From Octopus sinensis (taxonomy: Eukaryota): 64,000 bases of DNA. The position numbers were made by a program, and so were the translations under genes. The stretch is from assembly GCF_006345805.1 (NCBI RefSeq), contig NC_043014.1, positions 4,712,001-4,776,000 on the forward strand. Direction: 5' to 3'. Below, piece after piece: positions 57,153 through 64,000 of the stretch (positions within the stretch are counted from its first letter, which is position 1; each line of letters starts with the position of its first letter). The notes beneath the pieces were generated by a model. That model had not been told where the DNA came from. It worked only from the letters and a program-made list of their open reading frames with translations, and did not search any database.

Positions 57153-60100
57153 TTTGATACTTTGATACTTTGATAGGTTTCGGCCATTATTGGCCCAGGC
57201 CATGTCTAACTTAATACCACCACCTGGTGAAGTCTTTCAAGTCAGAATTTGGGCACTATGGCCCACTCAAGTAGAGAGTTATTGTTTACAGAGACATATC
57301 CGGGTGTAGGGGGTTTATCCGGGATTTCTTGAAGGAATCTGTCCAAAGACTTCTTGAACCCTATAGGGTCAGTTTCTGTTTTAATGTGTTTTGGTGTAAT
57401 GTTAAAGAGAGCGGGGCCAATTGAGGTGAAATAATTGTGCCGTATTGTTGTTATGAGATGAGAGTGCGATTTTTGTTTTGGGCGGATGGCACGGGGCCCA
57501 AGCCTTGGATGTACCTTAAAGGTGATGCCAACATCATTTGGGCAATGCTGATGGAATATTTTCCACATCATGCAGATGATGTAGCGCTCACGACGACGTT
57601 GGAGAGAATAGAGTTTTAGCTTTTCTAGTCGACCCCAATAGTCGAGGCCTGTCATGCCATCTATCTTTTTGTGATTGCCCTTTGAGGTGCTTCAACTTTT
57701 ATGATACCTTGTATTGTGTGGGGAGACCACAGTGGACAACAGTATTCAAGGTGGGGTCGGGCAAAAGTGGAGAAGAGAAGGATAATGGTGTGGATATCTC
57801 TCGACTGGAAAGTTCTGAGAATCCAGGAACACATTCTGCGGGCCATGTCAACTTTGGTGTTTATATGAGTGGCCCAGCTTACGTTGTTGTCCACAATTAC
57901 TCCCAAGTCTCTGATGTTGTTGGACGCCGCGAGAGTTTCACCTGAAGGAAGGGAGTATGGGAGTTTCAGGGCATCCTCTTTTCCAAAGTGGATTAGCTCA
58001 AATTTATCCTCGTTCAGCAGCATATTGTTTTTTTCTGCCCATTGGATAACAGCCAGTAGATCTGACTGAAGGCATGTCCGGTCACTCGCCTCATTTATGA
58101 CCTTCTGTAGCTTGGAGTCATCTGCAAAGATTTTTATGTTGCTGTGCTTGATGATGTCATTAATGTCATTAATGTAAATGATGAAAAGAAGTGGGCCCAG
58201 CACAGTGCCTTGCGGAACGCCACTACTGACTTTGGCTGGGCTTGATTTTACCCCTTCAACTACAACATGTTGAGATCTGTCTGTCAGGAAACACTTAATC
58301 CATTTCAGTAACTTTCCAGAGACACCAATGTTGGATAGTTTTTTCAATAGGATCTTGTGATCGACCCTGTCGAAGGCCTTACTGAAATCAAGGTAGATGA
58401 CATCGGTGTTGGAGCCCTCTCCCAAAGCTCTCAAAATGTCCTCAAAGTGATGCAGGAGCTGCGTTAGGCAGTCCCTTCCATTACGGAACCCATGTTGGTT
58501 GGAGATCAGCCGTCTGTTGCTTTCCAGAAATTGGGTTATTCGAGATCTCACCACCCTCTCAAATACCTTGATGATATGAGAGGTGAGTGAGATCGGACGG
58601 TAATTCACTGCAAGGGACTTGTTTCCCTTTTTGAAAACTGGGACAACAGACTGGGACAGAAGGTTTTTTGGAATATAGCCAGCATCCAGTGAGTTTCTCC
58701 ACAGATTAGCAAGGGGAGATGCAAGTTGGTGTCGACACACCTTCAGGACACAAGCAGGGAACCTATCGGGGCCTACTGCTGAATTGTGTTTTATTTCGTT
58801 TATCGCCGCTAAGACATCAGGGGCACTAAACGTTATGTCCGATATAGTGTGTTGGGGGTTGACATCACTGATACAGCCCAGATCGGCCATATCAGGATTG
58901 CTGAAAACAGAGCAGTATTGTTTCTGCAGTATCTCGGCCATGGATTTGGCATTATCTTGGAGAGTGCCAGTTTCGTCAATTAGAGGGCCTACAGTGGAGA
59001 CAGTAACCCTGCGTTTCCTCGCAAATGAAAAGAACACTTTGGGGTTGAGTTTGAATTTTTTCAATGGCCCACTTCTCCTCAGCTGATCTTTGGTTATTGA
59101 TGAGGGTCTTCATGCATTGTTGGAGGTTATATTTTTTGGATTCAAGCAGTGCGATAGCCGTCGAATGTGTGTGTTGCTGTTGGCAGTACTTTAGTTTGTT
59201 AATTTTTTTGTTTGTTCTTTTTATTTTTCTGATAATGGTTTTTCTGTTTTGGGGGATTCTGCACTTTTTGTTCACAGGTCTTGGTGGGGAGTGTTTTGCA
59301 CATATGTCTGTGACGGTGTCTACAAAGATCTGCCAAGATGTTTATGGTTGGTGGAGATGTGTGTATGTGTAAAGGACCAGTCAACATTTGATAGCTCGTT
59401 CCTGATTGCATCCCAGTTGGCTTTATGGAGATCCATGTTGTCAAATGGGTGGGCTGGAGGAAGGTCACTAGGATTAGCTTTCGGCTGGTGGAATTTCATG
59501 TTACAGAGAACCATGTCATGGTCTGAAAGAAGGGTTTTTTCCACTGTAACGTTATGTATAGTGTTAGTGTGGTTACTAAACACTAGGTCCAAAATGTTCT
59601 GATGTCTTGTTGGTGCAAGGACAAGTTGGGACAAGAAAAACTCATTCGTAAAGTCGAAAAGTGACTCTGCTGCTTCTTTGTCAGCGGTTGAGGCGGGAGT
59701 GCTTGGTTTCAAACAGTTTGTAGTCCAGTCAACACAGGGTAGATTGAAGTCTCCCATCATGAGTATGTTGCTAGAATGGCACTGTTGAATAAAGCACTTA
59801 ATGCTGTTGAGGCATTCTTTAAAGCACAGTATGGGTGTTTGGGGCGGCCTATAGAGCCCAATTACTGTCAGGTCATTGGCTTTGTTGTGCACGGTGACTG
59901 ATTCACAGTAGCCGTTGGAGAATATACTATTTCCATCTGCCGTAAATGAATCATGCAGGAAAATGGCAGTTCCACCCTTCCTCCTGCCGATACGATCCGC
60001 GCGGATGGTTGTGAAATTCTTCACTCTCACTTCGGCTTCCAAGTGGGAGTTGTCAAGGTGGGTCTCAGTGAGAATGAAGAAAGGGATGTGGTGTGAATGG

Positions 60101-61640
60101 TTACCAACCCAGTCTTCAATGAATTGGACCTTCCATTTTTGTGCATTGATGGAAGGGCTGACACCTTGTGCATTGCGTAGGAATGTGGAGGTTAGTGTAG
60201 TGGCTGGTTTTGACTGTTGCAGGGGGCTTGGATTTTTTGTGTGTGTTAGTGGCAGCAATGTGGGGAATTGGTGCACTGGGGTAATAGCATAGGATGGTGT
60301 TGAGTGATGGCTAGAATGTTTTTGTGTATCTCTTTTGCCATGTTCAACATGGCTAAAAAAGAATTTTCCTGCTTAGGGAGCAGTTTTTGGCTGGAGGTGT
60401 GGTTGCACTGTTGGATAGGGTTGTAGTTTCCACTTTTGTTGTTGTTGTTTTTGTGTCTTCCTGAAAAGACTGGACCAGCATTACTGCAGCATGGTGTGTT
60501 TCTATTTTTATTGTTATTCAGGTTTGTGTGTTGGCTTGAGGCCCCGTTTCTGTTTGTGCGTCGGGTCCCTGGAAGATGAGTGAAGGGACAGTCACTCAGT
60601 AGACATGTTCTCTCACGTTGGGAATACCGGCAGATTTTGGGACTCCGAGTTGTGTGTGTTTTGAATTTCGATTTACTATTTGGTGGTGTTGATGTTATTG
60701 TGGGATGCGTGCTTTGGCCTTGGCCGGTAGTGCGTCTAGTGCCGGGTAGATGCGTGAAGATGCAGTCACTATTTGTGCAGAGTCTCTGGCGCAGTGAATA
60801 GCGGCATATTTGGGGATTTCTTGTTTGAGCCGTGGGGGGCGCATTCTGCTTCCTATGTTTCTTTAAGTTTTTGTTACTGCAGTAGTATTGAGGTGGTGAT
60901 GTGGGGGAAGAGGGCAGTGGTTTTTATTTGGTTTTCTGTTGGTATTTTTGGTGATAGAAGACGATGGTGGCAGCGGTGGTGATGATGATGATGATAATTG
61001 TGGTGGTTGCTGTGAGAGCGGTGAAAAGATACTGGCATTTAGTGAATCGTCTAGTAAGCTAGAGTTGAGGAGTGGCTGTTGTTGTTCTTGTTGCTGTGGC
61101 TGTTGTTGTTGTGCCTGACCGATGTCAGGGTCAGCCATTGTGCTGGGAACCAGGAGTGACTCATTCTGTTGTTGTTGTTGTTGTGGCTGCTGATTTTCTA
61201 GCTGTTGTTGTTCTTGAACTGTGAAAATATGTAGAAGCTTTTCATAATGGCCTCTTATCAGTTTGAAAGATACTTCGATATGTTTCAACTTGCTACGAAT
61301 CTGTTTGACGGATCGTGTGTTGACCACTTGTGATGTTTTTTCGGCAATCTCATTCAAACACAAGACCTTTAGATTTTCTGTTTGGGAAAGAGAAAGCCAT
61401 GTGTTTATTAAAACATCAATTTCGTTATCAGACCAATTTCGTCTGTTGCAGGCCTGCAAGTTAGTCATGTTTGTTTTTCTTTTGTTTGTTTTCCTTTTGA
61501 TTTTTGAAAATATATATATTCTTTCTTGGGAGTTAAAGATGTGTATATATATATAAATGTTCTCTCTTAAGGGTGTGAGTTTTTGATTATTTGGTTGTTT
61601 GAGGATATTAAAAGAAAAACAGGTGTATATAACAATTTGT
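57151..61640 (-). mobile_element. Near full-length CR1-type LINE: ORF1 about 60300-61468, ORF2 about 57242-60300 (frameshifted)
   Basis: APE ILTETHL, GLYRPP, MGDFNLP, NILDLVF, SDHDMV. RT NYRPISLTS, YLDFSKAFDRVDH, GVPQGTVLGPLLF, IFADDSK, RPHLEYC. 3' tail (ATCAAAGT)3. Confidence 0.92.
60863..61468 (-). CDS. LINE ORF1 N-terminal part with Myb/SANT-like motif and polyQ
   Basis: RRNWSDNEIDVLINTW...EIAEK...RSVKQIRSKLKHI. After a frameshift it continues into ICRYSLRQRLCTNSDCIFTH (CCCH). Confidence 0.6.
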   Translation of the reverse strand: MTNLQACNRRNWSDNEIDVLINTWLSLSQTENLKVLCLNEIAEKTSQVVNTRSVKQIRSKLKHIEVSFKLIRGHYEKLLHIFTVQEQQQLENQQPQQQQQQNESLLVPSTMADPDIGQAQQQQPQQQEQQQPLLNSSLLDDSLNASIFSPLSQQPPQLSSSSSPPLPPSSSITKNTNRKPNKNHCPLPPHHHLNTTAVTKT

Positions 61641-62413
61641 AGTTAAATGAAAACGTACTTACGGGTTTGTAGGCAAACACGTGGTTACAAATATCAATAT
61701 ATAGGTATACACGTACACATAAGCATACACACCATAAATATCACAAATATACGTATCTACTTATACGCATACACACACACAAACGCACACATATATGTGA
61801 GTGGACATACACTGTATAGTGTGATTGTTCGTGTACAATTGGGCACGTGTGTCTGTGTGCGTGCGTATGTGTGTGTGTGTTTGTGTTTATTTGTGCGTGT
61901 GTTTGTCCGTGTGTCTGTGTGTATGTATTTACATTCGTTCTTACATATTGTCATATATAAAAACCAACGTGAATTACAGTCAAACATTACGAAATTCACC
62001 GATCTACATTGGCACTCGCACGTTTTATTTTCAGTTGGAAAGAAAAGATTAAAAAAAACTCGCCTCACTTCCGTTCCTGATGGAGAGAAATAGATAAATG
62101 TGTGTAAATATGTACGTATTCCTATGTGTGCGTGTGTGTGTGTTTGTATGTGTCTGTTTCTGTGCGTGTGTGTAAGTGTACATCTAGATATAATACTTAA
62201 CACTAATATTGATAGGGCTAAACGTTGCAGCCAAAGGGCATGGCCATGCTAGAACCCCACCATTAGATTTTTTTTCATTACGCACTTATTTCCCTCTCCA
62301 GGATTATGTCAGGTGAAAGAGCGATCGGACAGGAGTACAATTCCACTCTTCTTGGTGTTTCCTTGGGATGTGTGTATATGTATATATACATACATACATA
62401 TATATACATATAC

Positions 62414-62543
<130 letters not shown>

Positions 62544-62566
62544 TATATATATATATATATATATAT

Positions 62567-62603
<37 letters not shown>

Positions 62604-62748
62604 CAGATAGATAGATAGATAGATAGATAGATATGTATGTATATACATACGTAACTATATATGTGTGTATGTGTGTGTGTGTGTGTGTGGAGGTACAATG
62701 GCCCAGTGGTCGTAGGATCGCGCTTTCGATTCCCTAACCGAGGGGTGA

Positions 62749-62838
<90 letters not shown>

Positions 62839-63117
62839 ATTATAATAAGGGTTTTTTGCACGAGGTTGCTTAAACCACATACCGAAAATGTTAGAAACAG
62901 AAGTCAAAGGCCTACCATTTCTATTACAACAATGGTAGAAATGGTAGCCCTTTGACTGCTTTTTCTAATATTTTCGGTATGTGGTTTAAGCAACCTCTTG
63001 TAATAAACCCTTATTATAATTATATAAATTTTTACCGTATATGGTCCTTTTCCATACCGAAATACTACTAGGTGAAATTTATTAAATTTTACTAAATTAA
63101 TTATATTTTACCCTTTA

Positions 63118-63193
<76 letters not shown>

Positions 63194-63631
63194 ATATACA
63201 TATATTACAGTGTCTGTGTGGTAAAACACTTGCTTCTTAACCACAAGGACGATGTTGGACGAATGCCTACCACTCTAACCTCGAGCTGACCAGAGCCATC
63301 TAAGTAGATTTGGTAGATTGAGACTGAAAGAAGTGTGCTATACACACACACACACACTCACACACACATGTATGTATGTATGTATCTTAGGTTTTATATA
63401 TGTGTCTGTTATTGTCGCACCACTATCGCTTCTCAACAGATGTCGGTGTGTTTACGTCCCCGTTACATAGCTGTTCAGCTAGAAATACCGATAGAATGAG
63501 CACTAGGTTTACAAAAAATAATTCCTGAAGTCGATTTGTCCTACTAAACGCAGTGTTCTAGCTTGGCCGTAGTCAAATGACTAAAACGGGTAAAAGAATA
63601 TATTTATACGCAAACACACACTACCACACAA

Positions 63632-63678
<47 letters not shown>

Positions 63679-63961
63679 GAGAGAGAGATAGACAGAGAGA
63701 TACAGAGATAGATACACATACGCATATATATGTTTGTATATATATATCTATATATGTACACGCACTAATATATTCATATATATGTATATTATACATACGA
63801 ATATATGTACGTGATTCATGCATACATCCTTACATCCATCCATCCATCGGTACGTACATACATCCACACATTCATACATACATACGTAAATGCATACATA
63901 GATACATACATATATAAATACATAAAGACATAAATATATTAACACAAAATCCATGACTTAC

Positions 63962-64000
63962 CGTTTTTGATTTCTCTTCCATTTTTCCTATTCTTGAATC
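63962..64000 (-). CDS. 3' end of another first-exon paralog (runs off the window)
   Basis: DSRIGKMEEKSKT followed by GTAAGT at 63961-63956. Confidence 0.65.

Overview
Repeat-rich animal genomic DNA, most likely an octopod cephalopod; this is inferred from the dense (TA)n/(ATAC)n/(CA)n/(GATA)n microsatellites and from SINE and R4/Dong repeats I recall from Octopus, not from a search. The backbone is a tandem and inverted multigene cluster. A 144-nt first coding exon for a type II signal-anchor peptide (MDFAQLSRNISQRYSISSLIAFG(F/V)LLVLTIV.LHQDSRIGKMEEKSKT|gtaagt) occurs as 3 complete copies, 1 copy cut by the window end and 1 deleted remnant. A 500-nt terminal exon for a Cys-rich short-chain collagen C4-like domain occurs as 2 intact copies and 1 pseudo-exon. 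The cluster is filled with mostly decayed mobile elements: two Tx1/L1-clade LINEs, HERO/NeSL-type and R4/Dong-type RLE elements, Expander-like RTE fragments, Helitron fragments, a Penelope element, a near full-length CR1-type LINE and tRNA-derived SINEs. It also holds a rearranged rDNA orphon (28S fragment, IGS-like repeats, 5.8S, ITS2, 28S 5' end, no 18S), a ~775-bp near-perfect inverted repeat enclosing a complete hammerhead ribozyme motif, and a 490-bp tandem repeat at the window start preceded by a perfect 80-bp fold-back. Most ORFs in the track are microsatellite translations. Assembly artefacts are possible (100-N gap, fold-back, one noisy rDNA-like stretch). No database searches were run; family calls rest on motifs read from the sequence.
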